Assembly: GCF_006345805.1 (NCBI RefSeq)
Contig: NC_043005.1
Location: 91,264,001-91,328,000 of the forward strand
DNA: 64,000 nt
Direction of reading: 5' to 3'
Origin: Octopus sinensis
Taxonomy: Eukaryota
Part shown: positions 24,504 through 36,286 of the stretch, one piece after another
Position numbering within the stretch: the stretch's first letter is position 1
Layout of the letters: the number at the start of each line of letters is the position of its first letter
The notes under the pieces: generated by a model
Database searches by the model: none
Seen by the model: the letters and a program-made list of their open reading frames with translations, nothing else
What the model was told of the DNA's origin: nothing
Program-made: the position numbers and the translations under genes

Positions 24504-24926
24504 TTTTAGAAAGTACATAAGATTAAGTTATAAATATAAATACACGCATATATACATACTTTTACATAAATACATATACCTACACTTAAATGTACATGCA
24601 TATGTGCATGTATATGCATACAAATGAATCAATTATTATTATTATTATTACATGCATTATATTCATATCAGATAAAATATAAACAGAGGTATGAGAAAGT
24701 TATTATAAGAGAAGTGATGAATATCACCTCCATTTTCTTATTGCTCCATAAATTAATGGTAAAATAACTTTTTACCCTCACCCATTTATTACACTCGGCA
24801 ATGTAATTGCCATGCAATTGAAAAACAATTGTGTATTAATGATTGGGTATTCTACCAGCAGTATATTGGATAGATACTATCCCTTAGTTGGTTGGATTCA
24901 TAATCTCTTTCTTGGAATTATATATA

Positions 24927-25750
24927 TATATGTATAGAAATTAAATATAAATTACAAAATGGGACAAGAACGTAAAAACACACAAAGAGACGGCACAAAA
25001 AAACAGACGGGTCATTCGAAGCCTCTAATCTTCAGTCGGGAACCGGATCATCTTAGCAATTTCGGCTGATTAATCCTCGATATCGCTCCGATACGGCCAG
25101 CCCCAAAGAAAAACTAAGCTATGGGCATTAGTTTTCTTGGAAAGAGGATCGAATGTATACGAAACAAGGACAGGATGCCACACAAATATAAATACAAGAG
25201 ACAAAAAATAGAAATAAAAAACAAGAATAGTAATAACAGGACAAAACAGTGGGTGTCTTACGACTTCAGACAATTTTTAACTTATCTTGGCTGGCGTATT
25301 TGAAAAATGCCTTTGCGGCAAACGAGGACAACAGTGTTAACGTGGCAGTGGTCAAGCCGGAAAGACCAGTTTGAAGGTGGTCACGTGAGAGGACGGAAGA
25401 AAGAGAAAGAAAAGCAGAGGGCAAGGAATCAAAGAGAGAGAGAGAAAGAAAGGGATGAAGGCACCAAGGGGGAGAGAGAGAGAAGGAAGGAATTAAAGAG
25501 GGGAGAAGAAACAGGATTGGCTTAGCAATAGAAATAATGGTGCAAAGTAAGAAAGACGGAGAAATGTGATAGAGTGGGGGAAGAATCAGAGGCAAGGAAA
25601 GAGAAAGACACAGACTATAGAGAAAGTGTGTGTATAGACGTCGTACAAGGTGGAATGTGCATACATAGGAGATAGGGGTACGTTACACCGCAATACTATA
25701 TGTATAGAAATTAAATATAAATTACAAAATGGGACAAGAACGCAAAAAGA
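24927..25750 (-). mobile_element. Probable Penelope-like non-coding remnant with terminal direct repeat
   Basis: A repeat of about 50 bp (TATATGTATAGAAATTAAATATAAATTACAAAATGGGACAAGAACG) occurs at 24927 and 25697. The interior is purine/pyrimidine-skewed, as in the 48505-50275 element. Confidence 0.5.
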
Positions 25751-25946
25751 GACGTAAAAAGCACCCACTACACTCGCGGAGTGGTTGGCGTTAGGAAGGG
25801 CATCCAGCTGTAGAAACTCTGCCAGATCAGATTGGAGCCTGGTGCAGCCATCTGGCTTCCCAGACCCCGGTCGAACCGTCCAACCCATGCTAGCGCGGAA
25901 AACGGACATTAAACGATGATGATGATGATGATGATGATATATATAT

Positions 25947-26229
25947 AAATTTTCAGAATGAGATAAAAATCCAAGGCTGTGAAAGATTTCAAAACATTTA
26001 TAAAGGGGTCTTACATCTGTTTCCGGGATATTTTATGTATCCCTTCATCGGCGACAATGTGAGAAAATGGTTAAGCATATCTTATCTAGAATAACTATAG
26101 CTTAACCATTTTCTCACATTGTCGCCGATGAAGGGATATATAAAATATCCCGGAAACAGATGTAAGACCTCTTTATAAATGTTTTGAAATCTTTCACAGC
26201 CTTGGATTTTTATCTCATTCTGAAATTTT
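25947..26229. repeat. Near-perfect inverted repeat (about 130-bp arms) with mirrored hammerhead-like motifs
   Basis: Arms about 25947-26077 and 26100-26229 differ at two visible positions. Each carries GTCG-CCGATGA-AGGGATA..TATCCCG-GAAACAGATGTA-AGAC. Confidence 0.95.
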
Positions 26230-26380
26230 TTTTTTAAATATACACATGCTGATAGATGACCTACATTGGACTCCTCATTTGTGTAATCACCGAACTTAGA
26301 GCTTAACTATTGTCTGTCCGTAGCACTTACTCAGCATTACCTGACACATTTGGGTCTTACTGACACCATTACCTCTCATA

Positions 26381-26436
<56 letters not shown>

Positions 26437-26468
26437 ATATATATATATATATATCTCATCTCATCTCA

Positions 26469-27256
26469 TCTCACTATATATAAACGGCAGTTTGTCTGTC
26501 TGTGTGTCTGTCAGGTTGTACCCTCACCCTGACCACGGCTTTCAACCGATTCTGATGAAACTTGACACACACATAGCCCAATGTCATAATTCAAAACTAA
26601 CACAGCAAAAATTTTGAAAAGTTCCCCCAGTTCTGAAAAAAAATCGATAAATTCGACATGGGTCGAGAATCTAAGCTTTTTATATGCAACACGTTTTCTA
26701 CAGACTGTCTAGGGGACGCAACTCGACCTTTTAACTCTCGGAACACGTGGGGTAAATATACCAAAATGTATAAAAATGTACAAAAATGGCAAAAAAGCGG
26801 GCAGCAATGTGAGTGACAACAACGAAAAAGTCAAAAGTGACCAAACTGAACAAACGAATGGAAAAGGTTTTTTGGTGCACACGACAAAAGCGGTTTATAA
26901 TAAACCAAGAGTTTGCAAGTAGCGTTCGAGGACCCTTAGGGTATGTCAAAAATTTAAGGTAAAACGTTTGGGGTGGTAGTTATAAAGAAAGTGTAAACAA
27001 AAAAAGTATTCGAATAACTTGCGGCTGCAGCAGCTATTGGCAGAAGTGGGGTAAAGTCTCAAATGTAATTTCTTCCTGGTAGGAAATGGTTGGGTTGAAT
27101 TATCGATAGCTGTTTGATAGTTATTTGGGAGTGAAGAGAAGACATTGCAACCTACACATGCGCCTTTGTTCCCTAGAGGGAAAGGACTAGATTGGGATTA
27201 GTCGTTGCCTACTAGGGGCTCTTACATACCTGGGCAACGCCGGGCTATGCTGCTAG
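26469..27256 (+). mobile_element. Non-autonomous Helitron
   Basis: A|TC..CTATATATAAA 5' end, subterminal hairpin CCTGGGCAACGCCGGG, CTAG|T 3' end, no TSD. The first ~260 bp match the copy at 30266. Confidence 0.85.
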
Positions 27257-27400
27257 TATATGAATAATCCAAAGTGTACAGTACTATATATCCATTATGG
27301 CTGATCTTACCAATTGGTTTTGCGCTAGGGATTCAACAGAGTGTTAGGTAGCAATTTGATTATGTAAACCTCTCCTCTCTGTCTATATACACACCCACAC

Positions 27401-27467
<67 letters not shown>

Positions 27468-27975
27468 TCAACAGATGAGATCCAAAAATGCTCAGTATAG
27501 AAATCGCTTAGTAGCACTCAAATAATTTGAACTCACACTCTGAAATCTTTACTGAGGACTAAATCTGTGGACTTAGTCCTCAGTAAAGATTTCAGAAGAT
27601 ATTTATACAAGGGGGTACCCAAAAGTAAGTGGAAACATTCTCTGTGGACAAACCCGCTGTAGTTCAGGCTTCCTCTGCTGTTTTTGTATATGTCGAATAG
27701 TATTATAACAAACCCTTTTGATGTATACATACACACACACACATATATGGTTGCTTAGACTGCTAGAAATATTCTTATAGTAGAAATAGCAGTAGGTATG
27801 AATGCAGATCTGCAGTGACCGGAGGGATACAAGCCGACTATGGTCTACTGATTGTGTAACATAAATTTATGACTTTGGTACCTATTTGTAGTTCATATAA
27901 AGAGTGTGACTTCTGCAAGGCCTGAACAAAATGCAGCATAAATAATAAAAAAAGAAGGGATATGTTCATTTATAA

Positions 27976-28868
27976 CACTGGACAACAAAGATTTTGCTTC
28001 TGGGGTAAAAGCATATGTTTTTAGACTAAATTGAGGATGCTGATTTTGTATCCACGCTCAGAATTGTTGTAGCATGTCAGGAATTTGAGTTATGTGCATG
28101 CACAAAATTATAGCTATACTTTTGGCTTGATATAGGCCATATTATAAAATTTGCTAAAATGAAAGCAGCCTTAATTCAAAATTAAAAAAATAACTGCAAT
28201 AAAACAAATGATGAGAAAGTTCATTATTTAGTTTATTAATAGATGGCACTGACGTATTGTTTGCAATATGTCAGTTTGTTCTTGGTAACTTTCAGTGTCA
28301 TTTGCCCTGCCATCACATGTGGTATGTGTATCTCTTGCTCTGCGTGATTACTCTTTTAATTGTGATCATTGTGTTAGATCATGAATAGGAGAGGCTGTGT
28401 GAATTGCCCTGACAACTTTTGTTATGTCTGGAAAATTTGCTCCATATGACCAGTGATAGAACATTGCCACCAAATTAAAAACTGCCTATAAATATTACTT
28501 TGGGTGTAAAGTTGGAGACCAAGACAAGAGGTGGGCACCTCATAAATGCTGCACCGCGTGTTACTTGGGGTTTACACAGTGGCTGAATGGAAAACAGAAG
28601 GGAATGCCTTTTGCTGTACCAATGGCATGGCATGAGCCATCCAATCATGTCTCTGATTGTTACTTTTGTATGACTAATATTAGTGGTTTCTCAAAGAAAA
28701 CCAAAGCAAAATTTGTGTATGCAGAATGTATGTCAGCTCTAAAACTGGTCCCACATGACTTCAAGAGCCCCGTCCCAGTTCCCCTTTCACATGATTCACT
28801 TGAAGACCTTGACACATTGCACAATGAACTTCCTGATTCACCTATCAACAATGAGTACATAGTTGATT
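27976..28868 (+). mobile_element. Chapaev3-type (CMC) DNA transposon, 5' part
   Basis: Terminus CACTGGACAACAAAG. Frameshifted ORF from 28381: MNRRGCVNCPDNFCYV..AYKYYFGCKVGDQDKRWAPHKCCTAC..MPFAVPMAWHEPSNHVSDCYFC. Cut off by the gap. Confidence 0.8.
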
Positions 28869-28968
28869 NNNNNNNNNNNNNNNNNNNNNNNNNNNNNNNN
28901 NNNNNNNNNNNNNNNNNNNNNNNNNNNNNNNNNNNNNNNNNNNNNNNNNNNNNNNNNNNNNNNNNNNN
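28869..28968. other. Assembly gap (100 N)
   Basis: Run of Ns; unrelated elements on either side. Confidence 1.
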
Positions 28969-30254
28969 TGGGACCAAAGACTTGAGGTGTTTCGTGTTGC
29001 AAGACAGCGTGTGAGAGAGAATCGTGATGTGGTAGGAGAGAAATGTGTTCGCATGGATGATGGTTCACTTGCAGTAAATGAGGATGCAAAGAGAGAGGTT
29101 TGGAGACGCCACTATGAAAGGTTGCTCAAAAAAGAGAATGAATGGGATAAAGAGAGTCTGCCGAATGTCGGATAGTGCTTTTTACGTGCCACTGGCATGG
29201 AAGCCAGTCTAGGCAGCGCTGGCATTGGCCACATTCAGATGGTGCTTTTTACGTGGCCAATGCACCATATATATATATATATATAATATATATAGTTTCC
29301 GCTACCTGGGTGACCAAGTTAGTAGTGGAGGTGGATGCTCAGAGAGTGTCACCACTAGAATACGAATAGCCTGGGCAAAGTTTAGAAAGCTCCTACCCCT
29401 ACTGGCGACAAAGGGTTTTCTCATTCAGAGTGAAAGGTAGATTGTATGATGCATGTGTGCGAACTGCCATGCTTCACGGCAGTGAAACATGGGCCGTGAC
29501 TGCAGAGGACATGCGTAGACTTGAAAGAAATGGAGCTAGCATGATCCGCTGGATGTGTAATGTCAGTGTGAATGCGCGACAGAGTGTAAGCACCCTGAGA
29601 GAAATGCTCGACATAAGAAGTATCAAATGCAGTGTGCAAGTGCGACGCTTGCGATGGTATGGTCATGTACTGCGGATGGATGAGGAGAGATGTGTGAAGA
29701 AGTGCCGCTCCCAAACAGTTGAAGGAATCAGGGGGAGAGGTAGACCCAGGAAGACATGGGATGAGGTAGTCAAGCATGACCTCAAGGCATTGGGCCTCAC
29801 TGAGGCAATGGCGAAGGACCGAGATCTCTGGAGATGTGCTGTGACTACAAAGACCCGGGATGCTTCAGGCACCAGTACCGCATAGCCCCTGCCCATTCAA
29901 AGTACCTTGGATTCCGGAACATCTCGCTGTGCTTGAGGAGACCTGTTGAGTCAAGTGCATGTACATGAACATCGAAACAAATATCAATGGAAATAGTAGT
30001 TGTGATACCTGTGCCGGTGGCACAAAAAAAGCACCGTCCAAACGTGGCCGATGCCAGCTGGCTTCCGTGCCGGCAGCACGTTAAAAGCACCCACTCCACT
30101 CGTGGAGTGGTTGGCGTTAGGAAGGGCATCCAGCTGTAGAAACACTGCCAGATCAGACTGGAGCCTGGTGCAGCCTTCTGGCTTCCCAGACCCCAGTCGA
30201 ACCGTCCAACCCGTGCTGGTGCGGAAAACGGACGTTAAACGATGATGATGATGA
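28969..30254 (+). mobile_element. Rearranged RTE LINE copy lacking the RT core
   Basis: EN-RT linker (28969-29170), then an inverted 3' UTR piece, then the ORF2 C-terminus (about 29293-29885), 3' UTR and (GAT)n tail. Confidence 0.92.
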
Positions 30255-30265
30255 TATTTATATAA

Positions 30266-30635
30266 TCTCTATATATAAACGGCAGTTTGTCTGTGCGTGT
30301 TTCTGTGTGTCTGTCAGGTTGTACCCTCACCCTGACCACGGCTTTCAACCGATTCTGATGAAACTTGACACACACATAGCCCAATGTCATAATTCAAAAC
30401 TAACGCAGCGAAAATTTTGAAAAGTTCCCCCAGTTCTGAAAAAAATCGATAAATTCGACATGGGGTCAAGAATTAGAAACACAAACTGCAAACTGTCTAG
30501 GGGACGCAACTCCACCTTTTTTAACTAAAAAAAAATTTACCATCATTTTTTTGCTATTTTTTGGCTATAACTCTCTAAAAATGCTTTATAGTTATTTCCC
30601 TTACGAACCTGAGCAACGCCGGGCGATACTGCTAG
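30266..30635 (+). mobile_element. Non-autonomous Helitron, short variant
   Basis: A|TCTCTATATATAAA start, hairpin CCTGAGCAACGCCGGG, CTAG|T end. Confidence 0.85.
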
Positions 30636-31360
30636 TATATATATATATCCCTTTTAGTTGTTTCCATTTATTTGACTGCAGCCATGCTGGAGCACCACCA
30701 TTGAATATATATATATCTATATATATATATATTCATCTATTGGTTTTTCTGTTTCTCGTCTTTGTTCTACCAAACCTAAACATCAGCAGCAGCAGAAGCA
30801 GAATCATCATCATCATCATCATCATTTCCACAGCTGCATAGGTTGGAGGGTCTGGCAGGAACAGCCACATTGAGCTGCAATATCAGCTTTGACATGTTTT
30901 CTGTGGCTGTATGCCCTTCCTAACACCAACCACATTACTGGGTTTATTTTCTTTTCTTTTTTTTTTATTTCTTTCTTATTTGGTGACACCAGCCCAAGTG
31001 AGGTTGCCTGATAAGAAAAGAAAAAAGAAACCTCCTTGAGTAAATGGAGATAGTATTTGTGAGAAGAGGAGTGGAAAGATGTATGTATCATAATTTTTCT
31101 GAAACTTCAGATTTTTAAATATGCTAGACCACTGGTTTTAAATTGATATTCAATTTTTCACCCTTATTATTTTAAATTTATATATATATCATCACCATCA
31201 TCGTTTAACATCCGTTTTCCATGCTAGCATGGGTTGAACGGTTCAACCGGGGTCTAGGATGCCAGGAGGCTACACCAGGCTCCAGACCATGTTTACATTT
31301 TAGAAAATTCCTGCTGACTTTTTGGAATCTGCATGGTGGCACCACAACCAGAAACCATAG

Positions 31361-31412
<52 letters not shown>

Positions 31413-33489
31413 TAGTTTTAATGATATTTGGCAGAACACTCACTTTTTACAAGAGAAGAGAAGTATAGTCAACCGAATCAGTTACAGAATTTTATGTCAT
31501 TTATATTGTTTTCTGCAGATGAATAAAAGAAAAGGCCAAGTTAATCTTGGCAGGAATTATACTTAAAATAGAATAGTGTTGAACAAGATACTGTAGTGCA
31601 TCCGTTTCATTTCTTTATTGACTGAACCATTAGCCCCATTACCACCACCACCACCAATCTATGATATTTCTGCTGCTATATAATGTTAATAATATGATGT
31701 TGATAATTAAAATGAATGTTAATGAAAGTGATAATGATATTTAGAATAACTAACCAAGGTTAGCAAAACATAGAAAGGAAAAAGTGTAAAATAATAAAAT
31801 AAAAATTAACTACACAGCCTTCTTCCCCCTTTATCTATGTATTAATCATTAATAATTAAACATTCCTGACCTACTGCTGTACATGGTTCTCTTTGATGTA
31901 TGTATTATATTTAAAATGTTTAAGGGGGTTTGGGTGATTTAAAAAAATATTTAGCTCTCAGAACTGTATTTCAGATTTTCTGATTCACACTGTACTCTAC
32001 ATAATATAGATATTCTCAGAACTCTTTTAGAGAGAAAGAGAGCAGTGGAGTATAAAGATAAGCAGAGAAAGAGAGTGATAACTGGCGTGAGAGAGAAAGA
32101 ATAAATGTAAGGCCAGGTATTGGCAGACGCAGAGAGAAAAACAGACACAAACTGGACAGACATAGAGATAGACAAAAGCAAATGATAAGAAACTGACTGC
32201 TCTACCACATGTCACTGGATATTTTACTGACAGAACATGCCTGCTTATAAGCCTGTTGGTAAATAGGGAGGTTGGTAAGTATATAGGAATGAAGTAACAC
32301 ATGGCACTGAAATGCGATATGTGGGTGTTAAGCTTTAACTGAACATTTCACAACTATGTGTGCAACTGCAAAAGGTTTCTAAAGTATTAACGTGTAATCT
32401 TGTCAGTGACCAAGTCACAGTTTGCATCATGGAAATTTTGACACCAATCATCATCATCATCATCATCATCATCGTTTAACGTCCGTTTTCCATGCTAGCA
32501 TGGGTTGGATGGTTCGACCAGGGTCTGGGAAGCCAGAAGGCTGCACCAGGCTCCAGTCTGATTTGGCAGTGTTTCTACAGCTGGATGCTCTTCCTAACAG
32601 CAACCACTCCGTGAGTGTAGTGGGTGCTTTTTACGTGCCACCAGCATAGGTGCCAGGGGAGGCTGGTCACGTGAAATAATAAATGTTTAAATGAAGTTAA
32701 CAGCCTTAGTATGTTTTTGAATGGCTAATATGTGGCCTTCATGCTGCAATCATTTTAGTTTCCATGCATGATCTCATATCAAATCACTCATCTGGCAAGT
32801 CCACCACCAAAATATTTTCGAGATGTTTTCCCAAAAGCAATCTGATTTTATGGGTTTGTGGTATAAGACACAGCTAATGACTGAACACTTCCTTGTGTTA
32901 CAGTGATCACAGCCAATCTGTATACCCCTATATTCTTCACACTGTACCGTCTGACACTTATATTCTCCATTATTTAACCTTTCTAAAGTTAAACAGCAAC
33001 ATTAATCATCAATAAAAAATGTGTTAACTTTGCCCTTCATTCACTCCAAGGTAATAAAATTGGCAGTAGTCATGTATTTCCCTTAAGTCTTCTGTTGCTG
33101 AAAGAATTCATAGGGATGTCATTGTTGCATATGGTATAGGCATTTTAGAACCTGGTGGTATCCATCCCTATTCAGGCCTGAACAAAGCAAATTGCTTTCA
33201 GAGATAGACAGAAGAACCAGAAGAAAGAAAGAAGAATCTTAGTGCGGGACTGATGTTGTATTTATCAACCTCAAAAGCCAGTTAAGTAGTCTTATGTCCT
33301 TCCCTTTTTTTTCAAGATGATAAGACGTGATTTGAGAGAAACTTATCTATTTCCAGCTGATCAGGATACTGTACAAAGATGACCTCATTAGCTCATGGTC
33401 AGCCTTCAAGCAGACCTACAATCAGACATTCTACTCATGAACATCCTGCCTTATTTCTTTTTCTTTTCTGGGTTTTTTTTAATATAGCA

Positions 33490-34865
33490 AAGAATTTAAT
33501 GTACAAGTAGGAGTGAACAGGGATTGGTTTTTAGCACCCTCTTGCTTATCATAGTTCTCCAAACTATAACAGGAATTTAAAACTGGCTGCCTTTGGGAGC
33601 TCCTCTACACTGATGACCTTGGTCTTATTGCTGAATCACTGCCAGAACTAGAGAAGAAATTTCAGGTATGGAAGCAAGGATTGGAATCAAAGGGCCTTAA
33701 AGTTAATTTAGCAAAGACCAAAGTCTTGATAAATAGGAAAACTGACAAATCACATTTCCCTTCAAGTAGACGACCCTGCTCAATATGTAGAAAAAGTGTC
33801 AGTAGAAACTTCGTACAATGTACTCAGTGCAAGCTATGGACACATAAGAGGTGCAGTGGTATCACTGGGAAACTAACAGAGAAAGTAGCCTTTATTTGTG
33901 GCAGATGTGCAGGGACATTTAAACACCTGGAATGAACAAAAAACTGGCTCCCTCAAATGTCAGTGGGGATCCTTAGAAGTAGTAGACAGTTTCCATTACT
34001 TAGGTGACCAGTTTAGTAGCAGTGAAGGTTGTTCCAAAAGCATAACTGCTAGAACAAGAATAGGCTGGGCAAAGTTCAGAGAGCTACTACCTTTGTTAGT
34101 AACAAAGGCCTCTCCTTCAGAGTGAAAGGCAGATTGTATGATGCTTGTTTATGAACAGCTATTCCACATGGCAGTAAAACATGGGCTGTGACAACTGAGG
34201 ATATGCAAAGGCTTGAAAGAAATGAAGTCAGCATGCTCTGCAGGATGGGTAATGTCAGCGTGCATATACAGCAGTGTAAATGGTTTGAGGAAAAAACTGG
34301 CATCAGACGTGTGCAAGAGAGAAGACTGCCGGTACAGTTATGTAATGCGTATGAATGGAGATGGTTGCATCAAGAGGTGCCGATCTCTAATTGCTAAGGG
34401 AACATGTGGAAGGGATAGACTCAGGAAACACAAGTTGCAGTGGTGAGAAAGGATCTTCAGACATTGGGTCACACAGAGGGGATAACGGGGCGAAGACTCT
34501 TGGTAGTTTGCTGTACTTGAAAAGACCTGTCAAACAAAGTAAAATGAAGGTTATCCTTGCATACAGGCACGTTCCCTACATCCTCTCCAGCTGAGCGTTC
34601 CTAATTTTGCGGGTTCATGGGTGCTGGTGCCATGTAAATTGCACCCATACCAGTGCCACATAAACACATCCATGCTGGTGCTACGTAAAAGCACCCAGTA
34701 CACTCTGTAAAGTGATTGGCATTAGGAAAGGGATCTAGCCATAGAAACCAGGCCAAAATAGGCATGGTGCCTGCAAAGCTCTTCAGCTGGCCAGCTCCTG
34801 TGAAACTGTCCAACCCATGCCAGCATGGAAAACGGATGTTAAATGACGATGATGATGATGATGAT
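33490..34865 (+). mobile_element. Older RTE LINE, 5'-truncated
   Basis: Fragmented RT end, Cys/His finger and C-terminus, then the tail with (GAT)n. Confidence 0.9.
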
Positions 34866-35413
34866 TGTGTGTAGGATTACATTTTCCGATTCAAAATGTC
34901 CCCTTTTTTAAAATTGTAGTGTAATCTGGGAGGTATTTGACTATTATTTCTAGCAAGTTCAAAGATCACTTAGAAATTAGCTGGTTAATGCTGTCAGGAG
35001 TGGGGAATATCACTTGTGAAAACACCTATTATTTCCCCAACCACTTGACACAACAAGAGTTGACACAATTAAAGCTTTGTAGAGTTTCTTTTCAAAATGC
35101 TGCCTCCTAACATATTTCATAGATTGCTTGATGATTTGGAAACAAGAAAACAAACATCCACCATCAAAGAATCATTTTGTTATATTGTCCCTTGCCACAA
35201 ACACAAATTAAACCAGGAGAGAAAAAGGAGCTATTTAAAATATGTTAATTACATCAGCAAAAATATTGTAATTATGTTACCTGTGGACACAAAGGCCTCC
35301 AGTGTAAGCATACTTGACTAGTACTTTATTTTATTGACCTTGGAAGAGTTATTTGATGTTTGTATATACATATATATAGCAATCTGGCCTATTTCTATAT
35401 ATTTTGCTCCTGT

Positions 35414-35453
<40 letters not shown>

Positions 35454-36286
35454 AACATCTTTTAAAATTGCATTTTCAAACCTTCTTTAGAATACTTAAG
35501 ATTAGACTAGTGCTTTATCATAGGTCAGCAACCAATATCTCGGCATATGCCCCTCAGCCAGGGCTACCAGAAGGACAGAAAGACCGATTCTATGACACCC
35601 TATTACAGACTACCTCGTTGACAAATGACATTGACCTTCTCTTTGTGGCAGGTGACTTCAATGGACATGTTAGACTGCATGGCAGGGGCTTCCATGGCAT
35701 ACACGGGGACTACGGTTTTGGTTCTCACAATGAGGAGGGAACCAGGCTGCTGGAGTTCTGCGATGCAAATGACCTTATGATTTGCAATACCAGCTTCAGG
35801 AAACCCACCTCTCACCTAGTCACCTACCGCTCTGGCAGACACACTAGCCAGATCAACTACATCCTCACCAGAAAGAGGGAAAGAGAGCTACTTAGAAATG
35901 CCAAAACCTTCCCAGGCAAGGAATATACTCCTCAACATAGATTAGTAGTTAGCGACTTCAGGATCAGGGCCAAATGGCTGCCCAGAAGAAGACCAGCTCG
36001 AAGGAGAAGAGTCTGGAAACTTAAAGATCCTGTAAATGGACGGAGATTTAGAGAAGTTCTACTCGAAGCTTTCGACGAAATAGAAGGGGATATAGCATCA
36101 CATAATGTGGAAGCCAACTGGAGGTTTCTACGGGACAATCTGCTGAGAGCCACTGACCAGATCTGTGGATGGAGCAAAGTCCCATCTCGTCCCAGGGTAA
36201 CGTGGTGGTGGAACAGTGTTGTAGACAGGGCTATTTGAGAAAAGAGACAGGCTTGGAAGGACTGGAGGAAAGGCAGTAGTAGGGAA

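Noticed and set aside
25020-25075. Permuted (type II) hammerhead on the minus strand, GAAATTGCTA..CTGAAGA
   Set aside because: Stems I and III do not pair convincingly.
35360-35490. N-terminus of the 292-aa ORF as part of the LINE protein
   Set aside because: It is flanking TA-rich DNA read in frame by chance; endonuclease similarity starts at about RILKIRLV.
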